Shown in pieces: positions 48,701 through 55,528 of a DNA stretch of 64,000 nt. The notes beneath the pieces are model-generated. The model did not search any database, was not told where the DNA came from, and saw only the letters and a list, made by a program, of their open reading frames with translations. Numbering within the stretch: the first letter of the stretch is position 1; every line of letters begins with the position of its first letter. Source of the DNA: Haliotis rufescens (taxonomy: Eukaryota); NCBI RefSeq assembly GCF_023055435.1, contig NW_025964112.1, positions 13,020,001 to 13,084,000 on the forward strand, given 5' to 3'. The translations under genes and the position numbers were made by a program.

Positions 48701-49338
48701 TAGATTTGTGTACCTTACCATTGTGGTAAACATCTCAGTCTTGCATCGTTTCAAGCTTTCCTCCAACATTGAGCTGACATGGCGTGGTATAACTAAAATA
48801 CAGTTCAAAGTGACATTAAATCTCACACTCACTCACTCACTGTAAACAAAGCCCCTGTGGGGATTCAAGGGCAGAACATATCGCCATTTTATGTTAGATG
48901 TCACTGAATTGTCTCCCTTAGCCATGCCAGGATCTTTGGATGATGGGTACAAATCTCTTATTCACCCTACTTATGATCCTCGATTTGTCACCCTGCCCAT
49001 GTGGGTATTGTCAATGTCTGCACCTGCATCAGTTTGGGCTTTTCTTCCATGTTAGGCTGGCACGCCATGATTTGTCTGAACTACTGTTCCAAGCAGCAAA
49101 AAACAACAAAGAAGAGTCAGATGACATCTTTGTTTTCTTCTTGCAGACAATGAAAACAGAAGCTGAACTTCGTGCCGGAATCCAGAAACTGGAATCTGCA
49201 GGAGATAACGAACAGCTGACAGCCTCACATGAACAGCTGACTGGAATACTTGTGAAAAAGGAGACCCTGGTGAAGAAAATCTCTTACATTGAAGCTGACA
49301 TTGCTCAGAAAGAAAAAGCAGTTAAGAAGAAGAAGTAA
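500..49338 (+). CDS. Giant multi-exon gene (5'-partial, 53 exons in window, about 4,560 codons): Cys-rich GCC2/GCC3 (ephrin-receptor-like) repeat ectodomain, single TM helix, very large cytoplasmic region (PxTG repeats, coiled coils, zincin-like module)
   Basis: Hand-spliced AG/GT-bounded exons with matching phases. Exon lengths sum to 13,679 nt; adding the upstream G gives 4,560 codons ending KEKAVKKKK-TAA at 49336-49338. Confidence 0.9.
1311..1489 (+). CDS. Exon 2, Cys-rich repeats
   Basis: cctag|T GTC GGA...CAA G|gtgggt; (S)VGWFCLGG...KCLRGQYCPEG; this frame is not in the ORF track. Confidence 0.85.
2147..2326 (+). CDS. Exon 3, Cys-rich repeats
   Basis: cccag|...|gtgaga; GYYCIQAAEF...ICPMGHYCPVG. 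Confidence 0.88.
2759..2931 (+). CDS. Exon 4, Cys-rich repeats
   Basis: tgcag|...CAG|gtacac; GKYCEQEGLETPNGDCAPGFYCPAG. Confidence 0.85.
3270..4612. repeat. Intronic minisatellite of 21-bp variants forming 63/84-bp higher-order units
   Basis: cattgttctacctgccatgct / cattgttctacctgtttttac / cactgttcatcctgttataac. Confidence 0.95.
4622..4799 (+). CDS. Exon 5, Cys-rich repeats
   Basis: tgtag|...|gtaatg; DLPQQTDCKVCPAGFYCNAT. Confidence 0.85.
4965..5540. repeat. Intronic tandem repeat, about 73-bp unit, about 7 copies
   Basis: gggctatgttagagctgtgctgtggggtcatggacagagctctgctgaagtcttatgctggaacattg. Confidence 0.9.
5564..5701 (+). CDS. Exon 6, Cys-rich repeats
   Basis: ttcag|...|gtatgc; GLTNVSECSVCVGGMACDMEG...CDDGYFCREG; absent from the ORF track. 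Confidence 0.85.
6046..6201 (+). CDS. Exon 7, Cys-rich repeats
   Basis: accag|...|gtgctg; GVQADICPTGYFCPQG. Confidence 0.8.
6799..7047 (+). CDS. Exon 8, Cys-rich repeats
   Basis: ttcag|...|gtcagt; GLSAPSGLCNEKYYCPKG. Confidence 0.88.
7456..7608 (+). CDS. Exon 9, Cys-rich repeats
   Basis: tacag|...|gtgagc; GYYCPAGSSVETQIVCPA. Confidence 0.88.
8097..8259 (+). mobile_element. tRNA-derived SINE, family A
   Basis: A box (tagcctagtggt), B box (ggttcaattcc), tRNA-Asp-like gtcacg loop, (ACTC)n tail, approximate TSD tccatgttt(g)aaagg. Confidence 0.85.
8430..8624 (+). CDS. Exon 10, Cys-rich repeats
   Basis: tccag|...|gtacga; GYYCIPELTVAG...CPEGFFCPNG. Confidence 0.85.
9311..9813 (+). CDS. Exon 11, Cys-rich repeats
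   Basis: tacag|...CAG|gtaggt (an in-frame alternative GT lies 6 nt upstream); GSNLTTPSGQCSPGFYC. Confidence 0.85.
9951..10042 (+). repeat. (ACTC)n microsatellite expanded from the tail of a truncated family A SINE
   Basis: About 23 ACTC units, preceded by the SINE body fragment tacaatgtgtgaagcccatttctggtgtc (from about 9908). Confidence 0.9.
10448..10796 (+). CDS. Exon 12, Cys-rich repeats
   Basis: tacag|...|gtaggt; PSSNGGRCQPGFFCPVG. Confidence 0.88.
11110..11403. repeat. 72-bp tandem repeat x4
   Basis: attgtctagttatctgtcagccacgttgtcccacagtattcttatatattgcgtaactctatcagtcaatgt. Confidence 0.9.
11894..12052 (+). CDS. Exon 13, Cys-rich repeats
   Basis: tccag|...|gtgaga; GFYCPGGQTIPRPYEYLCPEGHYC. 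Confidence 0.88.
12113..12409 (+). mobile_element. tRNA-derived SINE, family B
   Basis: tRNA-Leu-like head (ggtggcccagtcgtctaaggcgcc...gtgggttcgaatccc), shared 3' tail, (ACTC)n, TSD ctttatagtaggg. Confidence 0.87.
12995..13226 (+). CDS. Exon 14, Cys-rich repeats
   Basis: cacag|...GG|gtgagt; GYFCDNNLAPVG...CPAGYYCP. Confidence 0.85.
13215..13965 (+). repeat. 84-bp tandem repeat containing the exon 14 donor, decaying toward the 3' side
   Basis: gctgg|gtgagtgg...ttcagatcttgtcagaggttcagatcttg...gagcactggtctgc; GT at 13227, 13311, 13395, 13479, 13563, 13647. Confidence 0.9.
14268..14467 (+). CDS. Exon 15, Cys-rich repeats
   Basis: cctag|T TAC...|gtgagt; (G)YYCESGTVEPNP...CPIGNYCPEG. Confidence 0.88.
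14579..15030 (+). mobile_element. Helentron-associated (HINE/DINE-1-like) non-autonomous element
   Basis: 5' atacccctgtt with a nearby inverted copy, (GTCC)n microsatellite, 3' aacaggggtat plus gtgagc-ttt-gctcac hairpin, T-rich flanks. Confidence 0.7.
15092..15262 (+). CDS. Exon 16, Cys-rich repeats
   Basis: ttcag|...|gtaggt; GHSDPCDAGFICLVG...CPIGHYCPSG. Confidence 0.85.
15565..15891 (+). CDS. Exon 17, Cys-rich repeats
   Basis: aacag|GTGAGT...|gtgagg; GECLPCPAGQSCPQLG. Confidence 0.8.
16679..16936 (+). CDS. Exon 18, Cys-rich repeats
   Basis: ctcag|...|gtacta; GTLKEQACPQG...CPAGYYCPEKTG. Confidence 0.83.
17080..17426 (+). mobile_element. Two head-to-tail family A SINEs (17080-17240, 17241-17426)
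   Basis: Two full copies; the second begins directly after the ACTC tail of the first. Confidence 0.88.
17510..17716 (+). CDS. Exon 19, Cys-rich repeats
   Basis: gccag|...|gtgagt; GTYQPQEGASSCEPCPAGKFC. Confidence 0.88.
18331..18471 (+). CDS. Exon 20, Cys-rich repeats
   Basis: cccag|...|gtaagt; GKYCIDGRITADCAAGYFC. Confidence 0.88.
18623..18876. mobile_element. hAT-type MITE
   Basis: TIRs cagtgttcgaaataa / ttatttcggacattg; 8-bp TSD (c/t)gtgtaca. Confidence 0.7.
18918..19087 (+). CDS. Exon 21, Cys-rich repeats
   Basis: cccag|...|gtatga; GTLMPLKCPES...CLAGHYCPVG. Confidence 0.85.
19253..19895 (+). mobile_element. HINE/DINE-1-like element with internal repeats of about 169 bp
   Basis: ttatcccctgccc...ggcggggtata, (GT)n, core repeats at about 19375/19544/19712, 3' gggcgggggata plus atagatgac-ttt-gtcatctat hairpin. 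Confidence 0.75.
20295..20559 (-). mobile_element. Family C element
   Basis: Reverse complement of the 37521 copy with the same 5' end. Confidence 0.82.
20723..20910 (+). CDS. Exon 22, Cys-rich repeats
   Basis: ttcag|...AG|gtaaga; PCPPTTYNDEEGG...CPPGYFC; absent from the ORF track. Confidence 0.87.
21223..21374 (+). CDS. Exon 23, Cys-rich repeats
   Basis: tccag|A GAT...|gtcaga; (R)DAIAAGSVDDCTLCPAGFYC. Confidence 0.83.
21849..21986 (+). CDS. Exon 24, Cys-rich repeats
   Basis: tccag|...|gtgaga; GYYCNMSMTMKPCPPGYYCPNG. Confidence 0.87.
22144..22492. mobile_element. Tc1/mariner(pogo)-type MITE
   Basis: TA-flanked TIRs cc(g/a)tattcgacgtaataagcgccc / gggcgcttattacgtcgaatacgg. Confidence 0.8.
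22845..23099 (+). CDS. Exon 25, Cys-rich repeats
   Basis: ttcag|...|gtagag; GAIEPKKCPLG...SYPCPP. Confidence 0.85.
23466..23596. other. Assembly gap (131 N) at the tail of a degenerate family B SINE
   Basis: N run directly after ...ataactggagcactgttaaaag. Confidence 0.95.
23626..23796 (+). mobile_element. SINE family A
   Basis: Full length; TSD ctcagttaaagag. Confidence 0.88.
23856..24079 (+). CDS. Exon 26, last canonical Cys-rich repeat
   Basis: cacag|...CAG|gtgaga; GYFCPAGSFAPSPCRPGTYQ. Confidence 0.87.
24077..24572 (+). repeat. 33-bp tandem repeat containing the exon 26 donor
   Basis: cag|gtgagacaaacatgacattcctcagatgaa repeated more than 10 times. Confidence 0.9.
24810..24971 (+). CDS. 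Exon 27, Cys-rich linker
   Basis: tgcag|...|gtgagt; PSDRTCPCKAGY...YCSEK. Confidence 0.87.
25751..26120. mobile_element. Tc1-type MITE
   Basis: tactcaccgccaaaagaaa ... tttcttgtggcggtgagta inverted termini with TA ends. Confidence 0.65.
26208..26399 (+). CDS. Exon 28
   Basis: tgtag|...|gtaaga; VCDGVTSYRGFDKSLGLCLC...CNLECR. Confidence 0.85.
26996..27375 (+). CDS. Exon 29, contains the GRRRLL motif
   Basis: tccag|...AG|gtagga; SQIPSK...GRRRLL...NPTVCL...HYPVYD. Confidence 0.87.
27800..27962 (+). CDS. Exon 30, juxtamembrane beta domain
   Basis: tacag|G AAT...|gtgagt; NNLYNTNSDFDYGGFRAL...FTEPGVYVF; absent from the ORF track. Confidence 0.85.
28714..28902 (+). CDS. Exon 31, transmembrane helix
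   Basis: tccag|...|gtaaga; ends WTIIFILLGAAFLVMVLMVILL. Confidence 0.88.
30041..30236 (+). CDS. Exon 32, end of TM and start of cytoplasmic region
   Basis: tgcag|...|gtagga; VLFRKYGWTKTSY...YASKGSTVHPVKKYHR (positive residues inside). Confidence 0.85.
30571..30965 (+). CDS. Exon 33, coiled coil
   Basis: tttag|...|gtaata; in-frame alternative AGs end at 30576 and 30579; DEFWDYDRQVDLE. Confidence 0.82.
31421..31694 (+). CDS. Exon 34
   Basis: catag|...|gtcagt; VNYQACLREG...RIGAWGILGQGTGG. Confidence 0.85.
32000..32227 (+). CDS. Exon 35, PxTG repeats
   Basis: tctag|...|gtaaga; DSKTGLIRP, HPQTGRVLPI. Confidence 0.88.
32607..32942 (+). CDS. Exon 36, PxTG repeats
   Basis: ttcag|...|gtagat; NPHTG, HPKTG, DPVTG, DQETG. 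Confidence 0.85.
33337..33582 (+). CDS. Exon 37
   Basis: tgcag|...|gtagga; GVVVPVGG...DSLSGKLV. Confidence 0.85.
33711..33884 (+). CDS. Exon 38
   Basis: tgcag|...|gtaagt; GQENSNVS...ATGGCP. Confidence 0.85.
34249..34419 (+). CDS. Exon 39, PxTG repeats
   Basis: ggcag|...|gtgaga; GMYEFSKTGQLLPILIG. Confidence 0.85.
34647..36664 (+). CDS. Exon 40 (2 kb), last PxTG repeats, coiled coils, GQ-rich linker
   Basis: cgtag|...AAG|gtttgt; corresponds to the 679-aa ORF 34679-36718. Confidence 0.9.
36969..37217 (+). CDS. Exon 41, coiled coil
   Basis: ttcag|...CAT|gtacga; DQQQKVQEQ...KLMAKIAARKR. Confidence 0.8.
37521..37781 (+). mobile_element. SINE-like non-autonomous retroelement, family C (no tRNA head)
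   Basis: Starts GACCCGTGAAG, ends gctggaatattgctgagtgcggcgttaaacaacaaacc; TSD tcatatg(g/t)ggtct. Confidence 0.82.
38535..38768 (+). CDS. Exon 42, coiled coil
   Basis: tccag|...|gtgagt; VSGGNAAAAE...VQKKL. Confidence 0.85.
39752..39922 (+). CDS. Exon 43, coiled coil
   Basis: tgcag|...|gttggt; ALDALKDKHE...RQKKALMDK. Confidence 0.85.
40345..40500 (+). CDS. Exon 44, coiled coil
   Basis: cccag|...|gtgaca; IALRRQQKMQQ. Confidence 0.83.
40947..41213. mobile_element. Second copy of the same MITE, internally deleted
   Basis: Same TIRs and interior as 22144-22492, lacking about 80 bp. Confidence 0.8.
41476..41661 (+). CDS. Exon 45, coiled coil
   Basis: ttcag|...|gtagtg; GKDGHVAEN...VLRQRHMKE. Confidence 0.85.
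41933..42019 (+). CDS. Exon 46
   Basis: ttcag|...|gtgagt; ELMDLVANAG...QKQQE. Confidence 0.85.
42132..42242. mobile_element. Short palindromic MITE (related fragments at 25070-25182, 29115-29201, 42262-42326)
   Basis: gggcccacttgcacaaagcgat ... atcgctttgtgcaagtgggtcc. Confidence 0.65.
42551..42879 (+). CDS. Exon 47, coiled coil
   Basis: tccag|...CA|gtaagt; KQLEDFDQ...REEERKSKILNQL. Confidence 0.85.
43325..43908 (+). CDS. Exon 48, coiled coil
   Basis: tgcag|A CAG...|gtaggt; QLEKDLEEE...LQAKLDARKKQR. Confidence 0.87.
44509..44813 (+). mobile_element. SINE family B nested in the tail of older degenerate copies (about 44160-44508)
   Basis: Near-identical to the 12113 and 56475 copies; long ACTC tail ends 15 nt before exon 49. 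Confidence 0.87.
44829..45220 (+). CDS. Exon 49, globular C-terminal module with HSLAH
   Basis: tccag|...|gtgagg; NAFRNSIFYE...ILFVRKERMESIGDFVVVILHSLAHI. Confidence 0.88.
45538..45744 (+). CDS. Exon 50
   Basis: cttag|...|gtaaga; AMKIMCQDMFFSR. Confidence 0.85.
47438..47601 (+). CDS. Exon 51
   Basis: tccag|...AG|gtagga; TITQRMYGYQ. Confidence 0.82.
48142..48290 (+). mobile_element. SINE family A (5' clipped)
   Basis: Matches the family A body and tail. Confidence 0.8.
48428..48539 (+). CDS. Exon 52
   Basis: tccag|C CCC...|gtaagg; (S)PLKRRG...DSLNAELMQ. Confidence 0.83.
48597..48841 (+). mobile_element. Degenerate SINE family B
   Basis: gtctaaggcgcc...tgtgcagagtt...gagctgacatggcgtggtataact...ctcactcac. 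Confidence 0.7.
49147..49338 (+). CDS. Exon 53 (terminal coding), ends KKKK-stop
   Basis: tgcag|ACA ATG AAA...AAG TAA. Confidence 0.85.
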   Translation, partial: TMKTEAELRAGIQKLESAGDNEQLTASHEQLTGILVKKETLVKKISYIEADIAQKEKAVKKKK

Positions 49339-50530
49339 ACGTTACGTAGTCAGCATTCCACTGTCAGGTCTTGCTGTATTTATGAATTGTAATCATCAAA
49401 AATAGAGATCTTAAATTATACTGAATGAAGACAGTAAGACAATTAAATTATCAAACATTAAAGAATATCAAACATGTCTTTATCTTTGTAATACTCAATA
49501 GATCAGCATTAGTAACACTACTTTCATTTACAATGAACTTTGATTTGAACATTTATTCTGTACATACTTACAGCATTATATTTGAGCATGTTTATTGCCC
49601 ACTGAGCATTGCAATGAAAATGTGTACATGAAGGTCAATATCAGCTTATCCAATGACAAGACCTCTCTGAGGTTAACTGTGATTTCTATATTGTTATTTC
49701 AAATTTATTAACTTTTGTTATTATTTATTTGTATGACATATTTTTTATATATCATGTCTTTTTTATGTTATGTCTTTTACGATGTCTCACAGTTCCGTCC
49801 AATGGGAAATGACAATATGTTACAACAAAAATGATGACGAGGCCATGCTAATTGTAGAATAGTTCAATATCCTTTATGGAGGTTGAGAACAGTTTGTTGT
49901 TGTAACAGTTGATTTGTAAATAATGGTGGATTGCTTTACATATTTTCTCTCTGAGAAAATGACGGATACAATTGCATTTCCGAAGTCAGTAATAATTCTA
50001 AATGTGATATTTAGCAAATTTATATTTTTTACTTCAGTGGAAAAGGGATTTATGTTTTGTGTTCTTTTTGTCAACTGACTTGTTTTTAAATGTTATATTT
50101 TTCTTACTGTCCTACTGTAATATGAGTTATATGTCCTGACACTATAGATCAGTAGAAGATATGGCATTGTATTGTCACAATGAGATGAAAACATATTATT
50201 CCATTGTTTTAAAGAATGTTGATTTTTTGCATATCAAATTTACAACTACACTGAGGTGTTATGTGCAGAATTTCTTAAAAAGGAACGATTTATCATGGTT
50301 ATCTCCCTTTATGGAATTCTCTCCTCTGTTTATGATGAGAAGTCGGTGTCCACGAAGCACATCTGTGATTGCCGGGGTTTCCAGCATTATGTATATTTCC
50401 AAAGAATTCCTTGTTGATAAGTGCCAGTTTTCTACAAGAGTTTTGTCTAAATATATAGTTTTGTATAGGTGAATGGTTGAGGTTATGACAATGCTCATAT
50501 TGACATAATGAAATGTTTTGATACATTTGA

Positions 50531-50572
50531 AATAAAGTCTATTTCTTAATGCAAAACTGTTGTGTGTGTTAT
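50531..50572 (+). terminator. Probable polyadenylation signal of the giant gene (3' UTR about 1.2 kb)
   Basis: AATAAA at 50531-50536 followed about 20 nt later by a GT-rich element (tgttgtgtgtgtt), after an AT-rich UTR-like stretch. Confidence 0.55.
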
Positions 50573-50964
50573 TAATTTCTTACCAAGGCATCACTTTCTT
50601 TAATCTTTCATTTAATAGATTGAACAACCAGAACCATAAGCCACCTTAAACTGTTTGAAAAACTATTTACTGCTGCAGAATGTAACAAAAAGCGAATTAA
50701 AATTAGTCACAAGTACTATTCAAATTCATATGTGTTTGCAGTGGCACAAAATAACACTAATATAGAAAACATACCTTTCTTGGAATGAAATATATATTCA
50801 TTAAGGTTAGAACTATTATTTTCTCTCAAAACAGATTGACCCAAATGATGCCAAATCTCAGCTCATTTGGAGGACGCAAAGTGAAAGTGAATGAAGCACT
50901 CAGTCAATCACTTGATAAAGACAACAACAAACAGTTGTAGGGCATTATAAATGTCACTGATATA

Positions 50965-51231
50965 GTTGGTTGGTTTGTTGTTTAACGCCCAACTCAGCAA
51001 TATTCCAGCTATATGACGGCGGTCTGTAAATAATCAAATCTGGACCAGACAATCCAGTGATTAATATCATGAGCATCGATCCACGCAATTGGGATCGATG
51101 ACATGGATCAACCAAGTCAGCGAGCCTGACCACCCGATCCCCTTAGATGCCTTTTGCGACAAGCAGAGTCACCTTTTACTGCAAGCATGGGTTGCTGAAG
51201 ACCTATTCTACCCCGGAAAATACCACGGGTC
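50965..51231 (-). mobile_element. Family C element
   Basis: Full length; TSD cac(t/c)gatatagt. Confidence 0.82.
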
Positions 51232-51709
51232 CACCGATATAGTGGGTAGATGGTCAAAGATATAACTATGAATGCAGAAACCTGTTTTAGTGATCTGGTA
51301 AAAAAGAATATTGTTGGAAATTTGTGCAAAAGGTAGCCACAAGGCTGTGTAGTTCACCTGAGCGTGTTTGTGGCCAGAGTCGGCCAGAGTCGCTACAAGA
51401 GAGGAATGGGGTTATTACAATGTGAGACCTGCTGGCCAGTTGGTTGTCATAGTACCCACAATGACATTGATGTTGCTCAACCTCCGGTCTCACTGACAAT
51501 CACTTCAAGTTTATATAGCTTGAATTTTGCTGATGGTACGTGACACACATGCTCACTTGCATATGGTTAGTCCCGACCATTGCTAGAATTAAAAAAAATA
51601 TTTATTATTTTTTTTAACTAAAAGCCTTGGCAAATGGATCAACGAACTAAATCTAATTTACTTGATTATGAAGGAAGTCAACAGTGGAGGAAAAGTTCCA
51701 TCGACAAGT

Positions 51710-51762
51710 GGGGGCACGGGTGGCCCAGTCATGTTAAACCCAACTCACTCACTCACTCACTC
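51710..51762 (+). mobile_element. Internally deleted mini family B SINE (head joined to tail)
   Basis: gggggcacgggtggcccagtc + atgttaaacccaac(tcac)n, TSD atcgacaagt. Confidence 0.75.
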
Positions 51763-52576
51763 TATCGACAAGTATATATTACACTTATGTTAAAGAAATG
51801 TTTTCCCAGACTAAGTGTTAGTCCAGCAAATGGTAACCATTCACTCGATAGTGTGTTGTAACATAATACACGTACTTTGCTAGGCTATTTGTTTAATGGC
51901 GTATTAACAACCTGTTTAACAAGCTTAAGGACCTATTCGTGCATACTTGTAATTATCTCGTGCTTGACTAACATTTAGTCTCGGAAATGTATTTTCTTTC
52001 AATTTCCTGTTCGTAAATAATAGAAAGAAGCACAGAGAATCTCTCCATTTGTAGAAAGTGGACAAATCTACACTTGCGAAGGTATTTAGACTTGCCTGGG
52101 AGTTTTCGCACGCGCACACACGCACACGCACTCCGTGAGTTCCGCTTAATAAAATATCTAAATCGCAGTTACACCCCAGGTCAAAGTATCGTTCAATTTG
52201 ACGAGCGTTACCTAGGCGATGTCGCCTTCCATCGACATATATAGTCATCTTTCGCCCCACCCCTTTTCCCCCCTCCTTCTGTTATCAGCGCCGGGTCAGG
52301 GGTGGCACTCTAATCGAGTTTCAAGGGACCAGTTTCCGGTGTATTGTATAACGGTGGCTCACTCGTCGGGGATACAACCGCCACCGAGGTGAGGCACGCC
52401 TGTGAATGGGACGTCGTGCGAACACTTTCAAAGCCTTTACATGTTTACTTAAATTACTATCTCAATGAGAAAGGGAACGTTTTACAAGGCGAATGGTCAA
52501 AGCGTGCTGACATGGCGCTGTTCATATACATTCTTAGTTTCTTAATAAGCCCATTCCAGTTATTCATTCACTAAAT

Positions 52577-52835
52577 GTTTGTTTGTTGTCACGCCGCACT
52601 CAGCAGTATTACAAATATATGGCGGCGGTCTGTAAATAATCAAGTCTGAACCAGACATTCCAGTGATTTACATCATAAGCATCGATCCACGTAATTGGGA
52701 TCGATGACATGCATCAACCAAGTCAGCGAGCTTGACCACCCGATCCCGTTAGTCGCCTCTTACGAAAAGCATAGTCGCCTTTTATGGCAAGCCTGGGTTG
52801 CTGAAGACCTATTCTACCCTGGATCCTCACGTGTC
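52577..52835 (-). mobile_element. Family C element
   Basis: Full-length reverse copy. Confidence 0.8.
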
Positions 52836-53700
52836 CATTAACTATACATGACTGAAACGGGTTTGTTCATATCTGTCATATTTCTACAGTTCATATCCTT
52901 TAATTTACGATTTATTTACTTGTCGGGATTTCCTTCAATTAATCTCGGTCGCTGACTAACACGACTTTAATGTTCCGAAGGAGAACACGATATACCACTA
53001 TTTATTTGCTCTCTCTGTAGAACATTAAATCTCTATCTCGGTTTATTATCACAGTTAACAGTTTGTTTATATGTTAGTCGACGATCATATATATCTACAT
53101 TGAGGAACTTCCGATAGAGCCAGATATGTGTTTAGACGCAGAGTAAACTCAATGTGTCTTGTTTGCAGTTCAGGTACCTGTTTATAGATTTTACGATTGT
53201 TCCAAACATCTACAAAATGGTCTCGAGGTTATCAGGCCTAAATGGTAAACACTACAAGTGGTTGTTAACTCGACTCCTTATCATCAAAAGCCGGGCCACT
53301 AGCAGACGCAACGCGGCGTTACGCATGACGATGGCAGTCGAGGGAGAGAGAGGTCACGTCGGGTATACAGGGCCCTAAATTTCAGTGTTGTTGACGTGAA
53401 TGTTTTTCCAAGGGGTTTGGTGAGAATAAAATATTGACATTATGTGTATATGAGTATACCCGTGTACATCAAAATGTGTTTGGTTAACGCCGCAATATTT
53501 ACAGCAGTCTGTAAACGATCTGCAAACCAGTGATCGATATTATGAGCAACGATCGACGCCGTCGTGGTAAGTCCGCACAAAGCTGACCCAGTCGCGAACT
53601 TGACCAACCGACGACAAGCAGAAGCTTCTAGGGATCAATTCTAACTTGGTCAAAATACGTGACAATCACTGCCTTCTGTACTTCTCCCATCACCTATCAT

Positions 53701-53983
53701 GGGGCTCGGTTGTCCTAGTCGTCTAAGGCGCCGCAATTCGCTGTGCAGAGTTGCGTCCCTTGGGCACGCCAGAAACCTATGATTGTGGGTTCGAATCCCG
53801 GTTCGCCCCGATTATGTCTCTAGGTTTGTCAGCACCCGCGCCCCGTGCTCGTGCGTTTCACCGAAGTGGTTAACCTCTGAGACCTGCATCACTTCGGGCT
53901 TTCCTCCCACATTCATCTGACACGCCGCGATATAACTGGAATACTGTTAAAAGCGGCGTTAAACATAACTCATTCACTCACTC
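53701..53983 (+). mobile_element. SINE family B
   Basis: Full length; TSD catcacctatc. Confidence 0.87.
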
Positions 53984-55119
53984 ATCACCTATCTAGATGA
54001 AGATAAATCCTCAAAGACACATTCTCCATGGCAATATGTGTCAAATATATTCCCTGTAAAGTGTGCATAGTCTCGTTCTAGATCGAAGGAAGGGAGACCG
54101 GGGCTTATTAAACTTCGAATGTACCCTTTGCAACTGACCGCTTGTGTTCAGTGCAAAACAGTTTTACCGTGATTGATGGCTATATAGTTAAGATTAATTT
54201 CTTGTACGTGTGTTTACTGCCCGGAAATAATTCCAAACATTCCATTTTCTTTGAACAGATAAACTTGGCAGCAGTGTCAGGGCCATATCTCTTTACCCAT
54301 TAACCCTTATGCGACTCCTCGACGCTGTAAGGAGATTGCTCTATCCACAGTCTTCTCACGAGATTTTGAAGACGGAACCCTTCCGTATGTCTGGAACTAA
54401 TCTGCCGGACCCAGGTCACTGATAATGTCACTATGCGCTGAGTTATTGGGTGTCAGGTGTCGAACCTGTAGCTTTTCAACCACGTCAGTCACTTATTTTC
54501 AAGTGTTTGTATTTATAATCGGCCCCGTTCTCTCATTGTCAATTAGGTGTCTCGCGAACCAGATGAGGATGTTATTGAGAGTGTTTACACCTTCATTCTG
54601 GACTGATATGTTGTCTGAGTGACACTAATAAATCTCTAAAATAAAATTTAAATATGAAACACTCGTCGACCATACTGTGGTCGTTGAAGTGTAGGTGTTG
54701 TCTCATTGACAATAACATATAAATCTCGAAAATATTTTATTAATATGAAATGCTCGTCGACCATACTGTTTCGATTAATTGTAGGTGCGTTTAATCTCAT
54801 TAAAATCAGATCTTCGTTCTCGCTACCGCAATGTTTAGCGGTAGCGAGAATTAAGATCTGATTTTAATGAGATTGAGGTGTGTTGGCCGTGTTTTAGCAC
54901 TATTATTTCAATAGTCTTTGTATGTGTGCGTGTTCACTGAGCTGTTTTGAGGTTTAACGCCGCACTCAGCATTATTCCACGGCAACCAGGAAAAATATCG
55001 AGTCTGGACCAGACAATCCAGTGATCGATATTGTGAGCAAAGATGCACGCCGTCGGTGTACGAAGACACTATCAAGTTTACAACAAATAAGACTCACTGC
55101 ATAGAGCGACCGAGTTAGA

Positions 55120-55325
55120 CTCGGTCTTCAGCAACCCATGCTTGTCGTAACAGGCGACTAACGGGATCGGATGGTCACTCACTGACTTGGTTTTATGCAT
55201 GTCATCGTATCTCAATATCGATGCTCATTATGTCAATCACTGGATTGTTTGGTCCAGCCTCGATTATTGACAGGCCACCTTCTTACAGCTGGAATATTGC
55301 GAAAAGTAGTAATAAATAACAAACG
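55120..55325 (+). mobile_element. Family C element (partial)
   Basis: ggtcttcagcaacccatgcttgtcgtaacaggcgactaacgggatc... Confidence 0.72.
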
Positions 55326-55528
55326 AATCAAAAACAATGTATAGTGCACTCAGCCTGAAATTTCCAGACGACATATTAAGTCTACATCACAGTTTACCTC
55401 AATATTATACAAATGTTGAATGAATTTTCGTCAAGAAAGAACTAAGACAATGTTTTGATTGTCACTGTAGGTCATGTGACATGTGACTTAATGCAACATG
55501 TTGGAATAAAGTATTTCACTATAAACTA

